Positions 16,088 through 24,096 of a stretch of 24,096 nt of DNA are shown piece after piece. Source of the DNA: a virus (lineage: Duplodnaviria; Caudoviricetes). Every line of letters begins with the position of its first letter. Position 1 is the first letter of the stretch. The notes under the pieces were generated by a model that had not been told where the DNA came from, did no database searches, and saw only the letters and a program-made list of their open reading frames with translations. The stretch is taken from IMG/VR virus record IMGVR_UViG_3300048862_000005, positions 1 to 24,096 of that record; one strand, 5' to 3'. The translations under genes were made by a program, and so were the position numbers.

Positions 16088-16576
16088 ATGGGCAACGCTA
16101 TTTTGTTTCGTATGCCTTCGGGCATCCCCGGCGACCTGACGCGTCAGTCGCAGGCCACCGTCGAGCCGGTTTCATTCGATCCGGCCAATCCGTTTACCGA
16201 GTACGGTGTGTTCGGGAAAATTGTCAACGGGAAATTCGTGCCGCTTGCAAAGAGCGACACCGCTGATCTCGTCTACGGCCTGCTTGTGCGTCCGTACCCG
16301 ACACAGAGCTCGCAGGACCCGCTCGGCACGTCGAGGCCGCCGGCCATGGGCATCGCCGATGTGCTGCGCCGCGGCTACATTTCGGTGAAGTTGCGTGCGG
16401 GTGTCGCCGCGCTGCACGGCCAGGTCTACGTTCGCGTCGCTTCGGCGGCGGCCGGCAAGCCGATCGGCGGTATCGAAGCTGCGGCGGACGGCACCAACAC
16501 CATCGCGATCACGGACGCGACGTTCATGGCTGCGGCGGACGCCGACGGCAGCGTCGAGATCGCCTATAACATCTAA
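16088..16576 (+). CDS. head decoration/cement protein
   Basis: MGNAILFRMPSGIPGDLTR; GGAG RBS; between scaffold and capsid. Confidence 0.8.
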   Translation: MGNAILFRMPSGIPGDLTRQSQATVEPVSFDPANPFTEYGVFGKIVNGKFVPLAKSDTADLVYGLLVRPYPTQSSQDPLGTSRPPAMGIADVLRRGYISVKLRAGVAALHGQVYVRVASAAAGKPIGGIEAAADGTNTIAITDATFMAAADADGSVEIAYNI

Positions 16577-16586
16577 GGAAATCGAC

Positions 16587-17624
16587 ATGACGACGCACAA
16601 CAAGACGCTGCTTGCCCGCGCGGCGGGTATCGCGATTGCCGGCGCGCCGGCAATCATCCGCGCGCGCACTCGCGACAGCATGATGACGTTCGACGCGCGC
16701 ACGGTTGACAGCACCGGCTCGTTCCTGATCGGAGAGTTGGAGCGCCTAGATCAGACACTGCATATGCCGCTCGCGTCGGTCACGTGGTCGCGCGACATCG
16801 ATCTGCGCGAGGACGTATCGATCGCGGATGAGGCGAGCTCGTTCACGAACTCAACATTTGCGGCCGCCGGCGGCGCGTCGCCAAATGGCAAGGCGTGGGT
16901 GGGCAAGGACGCGAACGCGATTGTCGGCATGGCATTGGACATCGGCAAGACGGCCAATCCGCTGACGCTGTGGGCAATGCAGATTGGCTGGACGATCCCC
17001 GAACTTGAGTCGGCGCAGCGTCTGGGCAGGCCTGTCGATGCGCAAAAGTACGAGGGCATGCAGCTCAAGCACAACATGGACATCGACGAACAGGTGTACA
17101 TCGGCGATGGTGTGCTCGGCGTGACCGGTCTTGTGAACCATGCGTCGGTGACGAACGTCTCGAACGCGCAGACGGGAAACTGGGCGAGCGCAACGCCGGA
17201 CCAGATGCTAGAAGACGTCAACGAACTGCTCAATAGCGTCTGGAAAGAATCGGCGTACGCGATGTGCCCCGAACGGATGCTGATCGACCCGGTCAACTTC
17301 TCGCGTCTAATCAGCCGCAAGGTCAGCGATGCAGGTAACATCAGCGTGCTGCGCTTTCTGCAAGAAAATAGCCTTGCGAACCAGCTAAACGGCCGGCCGC
17401 TCGAAATCTACCCGTCGAAGTGGCTCACGGGCCGCGGCGCGGCGGGCACAAACCGCATGGTCGCGTACACGAAGGACCAGAAGCGCGTGCGCTTCCCGAT
17501 GGTCCCGTTGCAACGTACACCGCTCGAGTACCGCGACATCCGTCAGCTCACAACGTACTTCGGTCGTCTGGGCGTTGTTGAAGTCGTGTACCCGGAAACG
17601 ATCGGCTACCGCGACGGGGCGTGA
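16587..17624 (+). CDS. major capsid protein (DUF2184-type)
   Basis: 345 aa; FLIGELERLD, YIGDG..GVTGLVN, RMVAY, GVVEVVYP motifs; AAGGA RBS. Confidence 0.9.
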   Translation: MTTHNKTLLARAAGIAIAGAPAIIRARTRDSMMTFDARTVDSTGSFLIGELERLDQTLHMPLASVTWSRDIDLREDVSIADEASSFTNSTFAAAGGASPNGKAWVGKDANAIVGMALDIGKTANPLTLWAMQIGWTIPELESAQRLGRPVDAQKYEGMQLKHNMDIDEQVYIGDGVLGVTGLVNHASVTNVSNAQTGNWASATPDQMLEDVNELLNSVWKESAYAMCPERMLIDPVNFSRLISRKVSDAGNISVLRFLQENSLANQLNGRPLEIYPSKWLTGRGAAGTNRMVAYTKDQKRVRFPMVPLQRTPLEYRDIRQLTTYFGRLGVVEVVYPETIGYRDGA

Positions 17625-17625
17625 C

Positions 17626-17862
17626 ATGGCGCTGATCAACGTTGTGAAGGCGTTCACGATCCGACTAGTCCGCGACGGGCAGGAGATTGAGCGGCGTGTC
17701 GAGGCCGGCGTCCAGGAAGTCGAGCAGTACATCGCCGACCACTGGTACGCCAAGGCACATATGGGCGATTTTCCGGAGCGTGTGGCCACGCTTAAGGAAG
17801 ACAAGGACGCTAAGGCGAAGGCGGATGCTGATGCAAAGGTGCCTGCTAAGACTGGCAAGTAA
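17626..17862 (+). CDS. small virion-associated protein
   Basis: 78 aa directly after the capsid gene, IADHWYAKAH motif. Confidence 0.7.
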   Translation: MALINVVKAFTIRLVRDGQEIERRVEAGVQEVEQYIADHWYAKAHMGDFPERVATLKEDKDAKAKADADAKVPAKTGK

Positions 17863-17870
17863 GGTGACCC

Positions 17871-18254
17871 GTGGATGTATCCCAATTCAGACAGTCGTTC
17901 CCCGAGTTCAGCGATCAGAACACGTACTCCGACGCGCTCATCGAGTTTTGGATGACCGTGGCGGTATCGTTTGCCAACCCCGACCGCTGGGGGCCGTTGA
18001 CTGACATTGGGATCGCTCTGGTCACTGCGCACCATCTGGCGCTCACTGTCCGTGACCAGAAGACGGCCTCGATCGGCGCCGTGCCTGGTCAAGTGACCGG
18101 GCCGCAGTCTTCCAAGGCCGTCGACAAAGTCAGCGCCAGCTACGACACCGGCGCGGTGGCGATCAAGGACGGCGGGTTTTGGAACGCCACAATGTACGGC
18201 ATCCGGTATCTCAATCTTGCGCAAATGATGGGCACGGGCGGCATGCAGTTGTAA
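17871..18254 (+). CDS. head-tail adaptor (DUF4054-type)
   Basis: FRQSFPEF, AHHLAL, WNATMYG motifs. Confidence 0.85.
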   Translation: MDVSQFRQSFPEFSDQNTYSDALIEFWMTVAVSFANPDRWGPLTDIGIALVTAHHLALTVRDQKTASIGAVPGQVTGPQSSKAVDKVSASYDTGAVAIKDGGFWNATMYGIRYLNLAQMMGTGGMQL

Positions 18255-18282
18255 TTCCGTCGTTGCCCATTGGGGGAATTGG

Positions 18283-18762
18283 ATGGGCAGCATGAAAATC
18301 GACCGCCTTGACGAGGTGCTCAAGTCAATCGCCGGGCTCGTTCAGAAAGAGGTGCTTGTCGGTGTGCCGGACGATACAGCCGGCCGTAAGGACGGCGATC
18401 AGCCGTTCAGCAACGCTGAGATCGGCTATATCCAGGAGATGGGGTCGCCGGCGAACAACATCCCGGCGCGTCCGCACCTGGCGCTTGGTGTCGAGACCGC
18501 TCAGCCGAAGTTCACTGCACAGCTTCAGAAGGGCGTTGAGGCCGCACTCGACGGCGATTTGGAGCAAGTCAAGCGCCGTCTGAATGCTGCTGGGATGCTT
18601 GCCCAGAGTGCCGTTCGGACCAAGATCAACAGCCACATCCCGCCGAAACTCGCCGATTCGACGCTTGAAGCGCGTCGCCGGCGTGGGGTTACGCGCGAGA
18701 ACACGCTGGTCGATACCGGTCAGTACAGAAATTCCATCGTTTACGTTATCAGAAAAAAGTAG
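18283..18762 (+). CDS. neck/tail completion protein
   Basis: EMGSPANNIPARP, LVDTGQYRNSI motifs. Confidence 0.8.
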   Translation: MGSMKIDRLDEVLKSIAGLVQKEVLVGVPDDTAGRKDGDQPFSNAEIGYIQEMGSPANNIPARPHLALGVETAQPKFTAQLQKGVEAALDGDLEQVKRRLNAAGMLAQSAVRTKINSHIPPKLADSTLEARRRRGVTRENTLVDTGQYRNSIVYVIRKK

Positions 18763-18784
18763 CGTCACATGCATTGACGCGTCT

Positions 18785-18800
18785 CTGTATTGATTGACAG
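18785..18800. promoter_or_regulatory. putative LexA box CTGT-ATTGATTG-ACAG
   Basis: Exact consensus, intergenic, downstream of a TTGACG -35-like hexamer (18774-18779). Confidence 0.5.
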
Positions 18801-18802
18801 GC

Positions 18803-18830
18803 CCCGCTTTCACGCGGGTTTTTTGTTTTT
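18803..18830 (+). terminator. intrinsic terminator
   Basis: CCCGC-TTTCAC-GCGGG followed by TTTTTTGTTTTT. Confidence 0.7.
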
Positions 18831-18840
18831 GAGGTAACGC

Positions 18841-19212
18841 ATGGCTTTCCTCGACGTCACCGAAATTCTGCTCGATCCGGAATTTATGGATACGGGTCTC
18901 GTCTGTCATCGCATGACACAGACGGTCGACGAGCGCGGACGGGCGCATAACAAGTCGACTTCGTTCCCCTTCGCCGCCGTCGTGACGAGCGACAAGGGTG
19001 ACATCCTGCATCGGAACGCCGACAGCAGCCGAATCATCGGGTCGATCACCGTGCACACGATGTTTCGACTATCGGACGGCAGCGCTGGTCAAGACGCTGA
19101 CGAGGCCATCTGGCAAGGCCGCACCTACACCGTCGTCAATGTGAACGACTACTCGCACTTCGGGCGCGGCTTTGTCTGCGCGACGTGCGACCTGAAACTT
19201 CTTTCCGGATGA
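18841..19212 (+). CDS. head-closure/neck protein
   Basis: GAGG RBS, synteny, WQGRTYTV..YSHFGRGF. Confidence 0.75.
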   Translation: MAFLDVTEILLDPEFMDTGLVCHRMTQTVDERGRAHNKSTSFPFAAVVTSDKGDILHRNADSSRIIGSITVHTMFRLSDGSAGQDADEAIWQGRTYTVVNVNDYSHFGRGFVCATCDLKLLSG

Positions 19213-19216
19213 ACCG

Positions 19217-19807
19217 ATGAACGACAGCTCAACCGGCGGATACCTGGCGCCGGCCGTCGATGCGCGGCTGGTCGAGGACGATACTCTTGACGATCTCGTC
19301 CACGGCCTGATCACAGGCGTGACAGGATTACCGGGCAACCTCGTTCGGCCGCGTTGGCAGCCGAGCGTCGCGCAGCAGCCGGACCCCTCCGTTGATTGGT
19401 GCGCATTGGGCATTCAGGAGCAGGAGGTGGATGCCAGCCCCGCTATTCAGCATGACGGCATCATAGATGGGCATGACACGTACATCCGTCACCAGCGCTT
19501 TGATGCACTCTGTACTTTTTACGGGCCGCACGCCAAGGGCTATGCACAACGGCTCGCAGACGGTCTCGCGATCCCACAGAACCGCGAGCAACTTCAATTG
19601 CAAGACATGGCGCTTGTCGGCGTCGGTGCCATTCGCGCGGTGCCGGATCTAGTCAACCAGCAATGGGTGCGGCGTTATGACATCACCATCACGCTGCGCC
19701 GCAAGATTACACGGACCTACGCAGTCCTCAACCTCAAATCGGCCACCGTGGCGACCACAATGGACTCGTCAACGCTGATGGCCGGCGTATCAAACATTAA
19801 CTCGTAG
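19217..19807 (+). CDS. neck/tail terminator protein
   Basis: STGGYL, VRPRWQ, WVRRYD motifs; directly before the sheath gene. Confidence 0.75.
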   Translation: MNDSSTGGYLAPAVDARLVEDDTLDDLVHGLITGVTGLPGNLVRPRWQPSVAQQPDPSVDWCALGIQEQEVDASPAIQHDGIIDGHDTYIRHQRFDALCTFYGPHAKGYAQRLADGLAIPQNREQLQLQDMALVGVGAIRAVPDLVNQQWVRRYDITITLRRKITRTYAVLNLKSATVATTMDSSTLMAGVSNINS

Positions 19808-19816
19808 GGAACCAGC

Positions 19817-21292
19817 ATGTCCAACAGATTGCCGGTGTCGCGTCTGATCCATGTCGCGATCAACATGTCGCCGCTCGCGGCGCAAGGCGCGAACCTGAAC
19901 AGCGCGCTGATTCTCGGCCCGTCGGCCGTGATTGACACGAACGAGCGCCTGCGTTCGTACGGTGGTATTAATGAGGTAGCAGCGGATTTTGGCACGAGCG
20001 CGCCGGAATATATCGCTGCGGCGCTTTACTTCAATCAGGTGCCGCAACCGCAGAGCCTGTGCATTGGCCGCTGGGCAAAGACGGCCACGTCCGGCTCGCT
20101 GCGCGGTGGTGTGCTATCAGCTGCGCTGCGGGACATTAATGTGTGGAAGGCGATCACGACCGGCGCGTTTAAGATTTCAATTGATGGTACGACGAAGACT
20201 ATTTCCGGTCTGGATTTTTCGGCGCAGAAAAACCTGAACGGCGTTGCTACAGTGATCAGCGCCGCGTTGACCGGCGCGACAATTGACTGGAATGGCTCGC
20301 AATTTGTCGTCACGTCGAAATCGACTGGCACGGCGTCGAAGGTTGGCTATGCCATTGCGCCGGCGACCGGCGCCGACATTTCCGTGATGCTTGGCCTGAC
20401 TGCCGACCTTGCCGGCACGCCGGCCGGCGGCATCGGAGCCGAGCTGCCGGTCGATGCGGTCGCGCTGTTCCTTGATCGGTTCGACAACCAGTTCCTCGGC
20501 CTCGAGTTTGCGGATAGCTCGCTCACGGACGATCAACACGTTGCGGTCGCGAACCTTATCGAAGCCGATCAAAGGCACCTCTACGGCATCACGACGCAGA
20601 ACCCGCAAGTGCTCGACTCGACTATGTCGACCGATCTTGCGAGCCGTTTGAAGGCGCTGAAGCTAAAGCACACAATCCTGCAGTATTCAAGCTCGACGCC
20701 GTACGCGGTGTCGTCGCTGCTCGGCCGACTGCTGACGGTGAACTTCAACGGCAACAACACGACGATCACGCTTATGTTCAAGCAGGAGCCGAGCGTTGCT
20801 GCCGAGCAGCTCACTAACACGCAAGCGAACACGCTGCAGGCGAAGAACTGTAATGTCTTCGTCAACTACAGTAACGACACGTCGATCATTCAGTACGGCG
20901 TGACACCGAGCGGTCTGTTCACGGATTCAGTCTACAACGCGATCTGGTTCCGCAACCGCATCGAAACAGATGTCTACAACCTGCTGTACCAGAACCCGAC
21001 GAAGATCCCGCAAACCGATGCGGGCAACGCGCTGATCGCGGCAACGATCGAGGCAGCTTGCGAGGCAGGTGTCAATAATGGCTACCTCGCTCCTGGTGTT
21101 TGGCACTCGGCAGGCTTCGGCGCGCTGAATCAGGGCGACACGCTGGCGAAGGGCTATTACGTCTATGCGCCGCCGATCGCGGCACAGTCGCAGGCTGACC
21201 GAGAGGCGCGCAAGTCCGTGACGTTCCAGGTCGCTGCGAAGGAAGCGGGCGCGATCCACAGCGTTGACATTCTCGTCAACGTCAACCGCTGA
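19817..21292 (+). CDS. tail sheath protein (DUF3383-type)
   Basis: 491 aa; [24 protein letters not shown] motifs. Confidence 0.9.
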   Translation: MSNRLPVSRLIHVAINMSPLAAQGANLNSALILGPSAVIDTNERLRSYGGINEVAADFGTSAPEYIAAALYFNQVPQPQSLCIGRWAKTATSGSLRGGVLSAALRDINVWKAITTGAFKISIDGTTKTISGLDFSAQKNLNGVATVISAALTGATIDWNGSQFVVTSKSTGTASKVGYAIAPATGADISVMLGLTADLAGTPAGGIGAELPVDAVALFLDRFDNQFLGLEFADSSLTDDQHVAVANLIEADQRHLYGITTQNPQVLDSTMSTDLASRLKALKLKHTILQYSSSTPYAVSSLLGRLLTVNFNGNNTTITLMFKQEPSVAAEQLTNTQANTLQAKNCNVFVNYSNDTSIIQYGVTPSGLFTDSVYNAIWFRNRIETDVYNLLYQNPTKIPQTDAGNALIAATIEAACEAGVNNGYLAPGVWHSAGFGALNQGDTLAKGYYVYAPPIAAQSQADREARKSVTFQVAAKEAGAIHSVDILVNVNR

Positions 21293-21308
21293 TTGAAGGG
21301 AGAATTTC

Positions 21309-21752
21309 ATGTCGGGAACCTATTCGTTTCAGGACGTTACTGCGTCGATCGTCGGCCCGGGCGGCTCTTTTTCGCTCGGCTACGGCTCTGCGAATGCAGA
21401 GGAAGGCATGACGATCGCCATGGCCGGCGATAAAAACACGATGATCATCGGCGCTGATGGTGAGGTGATGCACAGTCTTCACGCTGACAAATCCGGTCAA
21501 GTAACGCTGCGTCTACTCAAGACTTCCCCTGTCAATCAAAAATTAATGGCGCTCTACGACGCGCAATCGAGCGACAGCCGCCTATGGGGCAAGAACCTCA
21601 TCACGGTGATGCAATCCGTGAGCGGTGATGTTACGGCGTGCCGGAACTGCGCGTTCAAGAAGAAGCCGGACATTGCCTACAAGAAAGAGGGTGACGTGGT
21701 CGAGTGGGTGTTTGATGCAGGGAAAATCGATTCCATGCTCGGGAGCTATTGA
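21309..21752 (+). CDS. tail tube protein (DUF3277-type)
   Basis: TYSFQDV, GADGEVMHS, LLKTSPVN; follows the sheath gene. Confidence 0.85.
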   Translation: MSGTYSFQDVTASIVGPGGSFSLGYGSANAEEGMTIAMAGDKNTMIIGADGEVMHSLHADKSGQVTLRLLKTSPVNQKLMALYDAQSSDSRLWGKNLITVMQSVSGDVTACRNCAFKKKPDIAYKKEGDVVEWVFDAGKIDSMLGSY

Positions 21753-21754
21753 AT

Positions 21755-22195
21755 ATGGCAACTGAAATCAATTTGAACGGTCAGCGATACACGCTCGGCA
21801 AGCTGAGCGCCATGCAGCAGTTTCACGTGTCGCGGCGCATTGCGCCGATTCTTCCTGCCATTATTCGAGCGTACACGCAGATAGGCGCAAGTGAAGTACC
21901 ACTGCCCGAGAACCTTGACCTTATCGCATCATCGATCCAGCCGCTCGCGGACGGTCTTGCTGCGCTGAAAGATGAGGATGCCGAGTATGTATTGGGCACA
22001 TGCCTGTCGGTCGTCGAGCGCCGGCAGGATCATGGTTGGTCGCATGTTTGGTCGCCTACTCAAAAAACCGCAATGTTTGACGACATTGGTCTGAACGTCA
22101 TGCTGGAAGTTGCCGTGCGCGTCATCATCGAGAACCTAGGCCCTTTTATTCAAGGGCTGCTTACCAGCCCAGCGAGCAGCCCGGCGGCGACTTAA
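21755..22195 (+). CDS. tail assembly chaperone (gpG-like)
   Basis: KLSAMQQFHVSRRIAP; between tube and tape measure genes. Confidence 0.85.
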   Translation: MATEINLNGQRYTLGKLSAMQQFHVSRRIAPILPAIIRAYTQIGASEVPLPENLDLIASSIQPLADGLAALKDEDAEYVLGTCLSVVERRQDHGWSHVWSPTQKTAMFDDIGLNVMLEVAVRVIIENLGPFIQGLLTSPASSPAAT

Positions 22196-22392
22196 GCTGG
22201 GTGCGGACACTTGCCGGTGGAGAGGACTGGTTGCTCGCGCCCGTGTTAGAGGGCCTATGCAAATTCGAAAGCTTGAAAGATGGCACGCTCGATCTCGCGG
22301 ACATCGCGCTGTTGAACGACGCGCTCGCTGTCCGGGCAGACAATCGAGTGGCCGCGCGTCGCGTAATGGAGCGCAAAAATGATCATCCGTGA
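22141..22392 (+). CDS. gpT-like chaperone extension reached by -1 programmed frameshift
   Basis: Slippery C CCT TTT (22141-22147), 6-nt spacer, 8-bp stem; -1 frame open to TGA 22392. Confidence 0.75.
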   Translation, partial: PFYSRAAYQPSEQPGGDLSWVRTLAGGEDWLLAPVLEGLCKFESLKDGTLDLADIALLNDALAVRADNRVAARRVMERKNDHP

Positions 22393-24096
22393 ATTCCTGG
22401 TCAAGCTTGGTTTCAAGGTCGATCCAGACAGCCAAAAGAAGTTTAAAGATGGTGTCGAGGCTTCGACTACGAAGGTGAAGGCACTGGAGCGGGCGCAGCG
22501 CGATGCCGCGCAGTCGGCGGTCAGGCTGGCTACGGCCATGATGACGACGGGCCGGTGGCTCGGCAACAGTGCGCTGGGTTTCGCCGACAAGCTGGAGACG
22601 CTGCATTTTGCATCGAAGCGAACGGGCGCGGCCGCCAGTAGCCTAAAGGCGGTGGCCAATGCCGCGCTGGATGTCGGCGTGTCGTCGCAAGAGGCGTTGA
22701 ACAGCGTTGAGAACGTCGCGAGATTCATGCGGAATCATCCAGCCGGCGAGTCTTATATTGCAGCGCTGGGCGTTCAAACACGCGATGTCAAAGGCCATTT
22801 GCGCGACACCGTTGACATCGTCAATGACCTCGGGAAAGCACTCGGTCAAAAGGATGTATCGCTCGCGAATCAGTACGGAGACATCCTTGGTATTGGCGAG
22901 TTGTTCTTGCTGGGCATGCGAGATCCGAAATACCGCGAAACCTTCGACAAAGCGCGCCAAAACTACGTCGAAAGTGGAGTCGACAATCGCAGCGACCAAG
23001 CTCATCGTTGGATGAGCCGATGGAGATCATTGCAGACCCAATTCGAGGGGACGGTAGGGACAGTAGGCGCATGGGGCAGTCAGGCGGCCATGACGCTCGG
23101 TACTGGCCTGTTATCGTACTTTGGAGCAAAAAGTGTTTTGCAGCAGGCGCTGGGCAAGACTATTAACGCAGGCTCGGAGCACGCCGCGACCAAAGCCGCC
23201 ACCGCGGCCGCTGAGACAGCGGCCAAAACTGCTGTCACATCAGAAGCCGCCGGTGCGGCGGGCTGGCTCGGCCGGTTGATGCCATGGGTTGGGCGAGTCG
23301 GTGGAGGACTGGCCTTGATGCTGCATAGCGAAGGGCTGAACCAAGGCGAAGAGCAATACCTGGCCCATCGACGCCCGCGTCCTGGCCAGCGTTGGAGACC
23401 GGACATGAATAGGCCGATCCCGGATGAGACGAAGCCACAGTCTTTTTGGTATGCGCTCGCGAACTCTGCTTTCGGCAAGTTGATCGCGCGTGGCGAAGGC
23501 GACTACAACAGCGTGAACCGCGGCGCGCGCGGGGGCTACAAAGCCGGGACTGAGAAACTGGACGGGATGACGGTTGCGGAGGTGATGGCGGCGCAGCGTG
23601 CGGGTCGCTTCAATGCGGCAGGCCGCTATCAAATCATCGGCTCGACGCTTGCTGAAGCCGCGACTGCAATGGGGCTGACGGGGGCTGAGAAGTTTGACCG
23701 CGACTTGCAAGACCGCATCTTCGGCGAATACTTGGTCAAGCATAAGCGGCGCGCAATCGCTGACTACATCGAGGGGCGCAGCGACAACCTTCGCGCGGCA
23801 TTGCGCGCGTCGGCGCGCGAGTGGGCCAGCGTCGCGGATCCTGATACGGGCCGCAGTTATTACGCCGGCAAAGGCAATAATCGTGCGACGATCTCGGCCG
23901 CTGAGATGGAGATAGCGCTGCGTAACACGCGCGCAACGTACGCAGTCCAATTGGCGTCGCTGGAAGCGCCCAATAAAGCGCGTCCCGTCGAAATCAAACA
24001 AAACATCAAAATCAACGTAAATGGAACATCTGATCCGGTCGCGACCGGCAATGCCGTCGCGCGCGAGCAGCAGCGTGTGAACGCAGACATGGTCCG
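22379..24096 (+). CDS. tape measure protein with lysozyme-like domain (truncated by window end)
   Basis: MIIREFLVKLGFKVD...; frame open to the end; RGEGDYN and AAGRYQII..FDRDLQD..REWAS muramidase motifs at about 23470-23900; missing from the ORF track because it has no stop in the window. Confidence 0.9.
   Translation, partial: MIIREFLVKLGFKVDPDSQKKFKDGVEASTTKVKALERAQRDAAQSAVRLATAMMTTGRWLGNSALGFADKLETLHFASKRTGAAASSLKAVANAALDVGVSSQEALNSVENVARFMRNHPAGESYIAALGVQTRDVKGHLRDTVDIVNDLGKALGQKDVSLANQYGDILGIGELFLLGMRDPKYRETFDKARQNYVESGVDNRSDQAHRWMSRWRSLQTQFEGTVGTVGAWGSQAAMTLGTGLLSYFGAKSVLQQALGKTINAGSEHAATKAATAAAETAAKTAVTSEAAGAAGWLGRLMPWVGRVGGGLALMLHSEGLNQGEEQYLAHRRPRPGQRWRPDMNRPIPDETKPQSFWYALANSAFGKLIARGEGDYNSVNRGARGGYKAGTEKLDGMTVAEVMAAQRAGRFNAAGRYQIIGSTLAEAATAMGLTGAEKFDRDLQDRIFGEYLVKHKRRAIADYIEGRSDNLRAALRASAREWASVADPDTGRSYYAGKGNNRATISAAEMEIALRNTRATYAVQLASLEAPNKARPVEIKQNIKINVNGTSDPVATGNAVAREQQRVNADMV

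Noticed and set aside
11010-24090. Many antisense and alternative-frame ORFs over the virion genes (e.g. 13623-14327, 17385-18323, 23240-24001)
   Set aside because: Shadow ORFs expected in GC-rich coding DNA; the sense frames carry recognisable phage motifs

Overview
This window is an internal 24 kb segment of a temperate phage or prophage, GC-rich and probably from a Betaproteobacterium (Burkholderiales-like, inferred from gene families). The left part is a lambdoid early region: pL, a short cI-type repressor, cro, a broken CII-like gene, a replication initiator with internal iterons, a DnaC-like loader, RusA and a Q-position gene. Next come a decayed RelE/HigB-type toxin-antitoxin pair, a late promoter and terminator, a ParB-methyltransferase fusion and terS. 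The right part is an apparently intact contractile-tail virion module: terL, DUF1073-type portal, head morphogenesis protein, DUF2213-type protease/scaffold, decoration protein, DUF2184-type capsid, neck genes, sheath, tube, a G/GT chaperone with a -1 frameshift signal, and a tape measure protein with a lysozyme domain that runs off the end. The most unusual part is the 2.25 kb gap between terS and terL. It holds two diverged copies of a roughly 350-bp unit. Each unit is a terminator hairpin, a copy of the terL 5' end, a structured conserved segment and a bidirectional hairpin. The units are followed by four unannotated 33-47 aa hydrophobic peptide ORFs, two ending in HAIRWW, and the first peptide after each unit has a predicted cis-antisense promoter. 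This looks like a stacked array of type-I-toxin-like modules fused to terminase-derived leaders. All family assignments come from motif recognition and synteny, not database searches.
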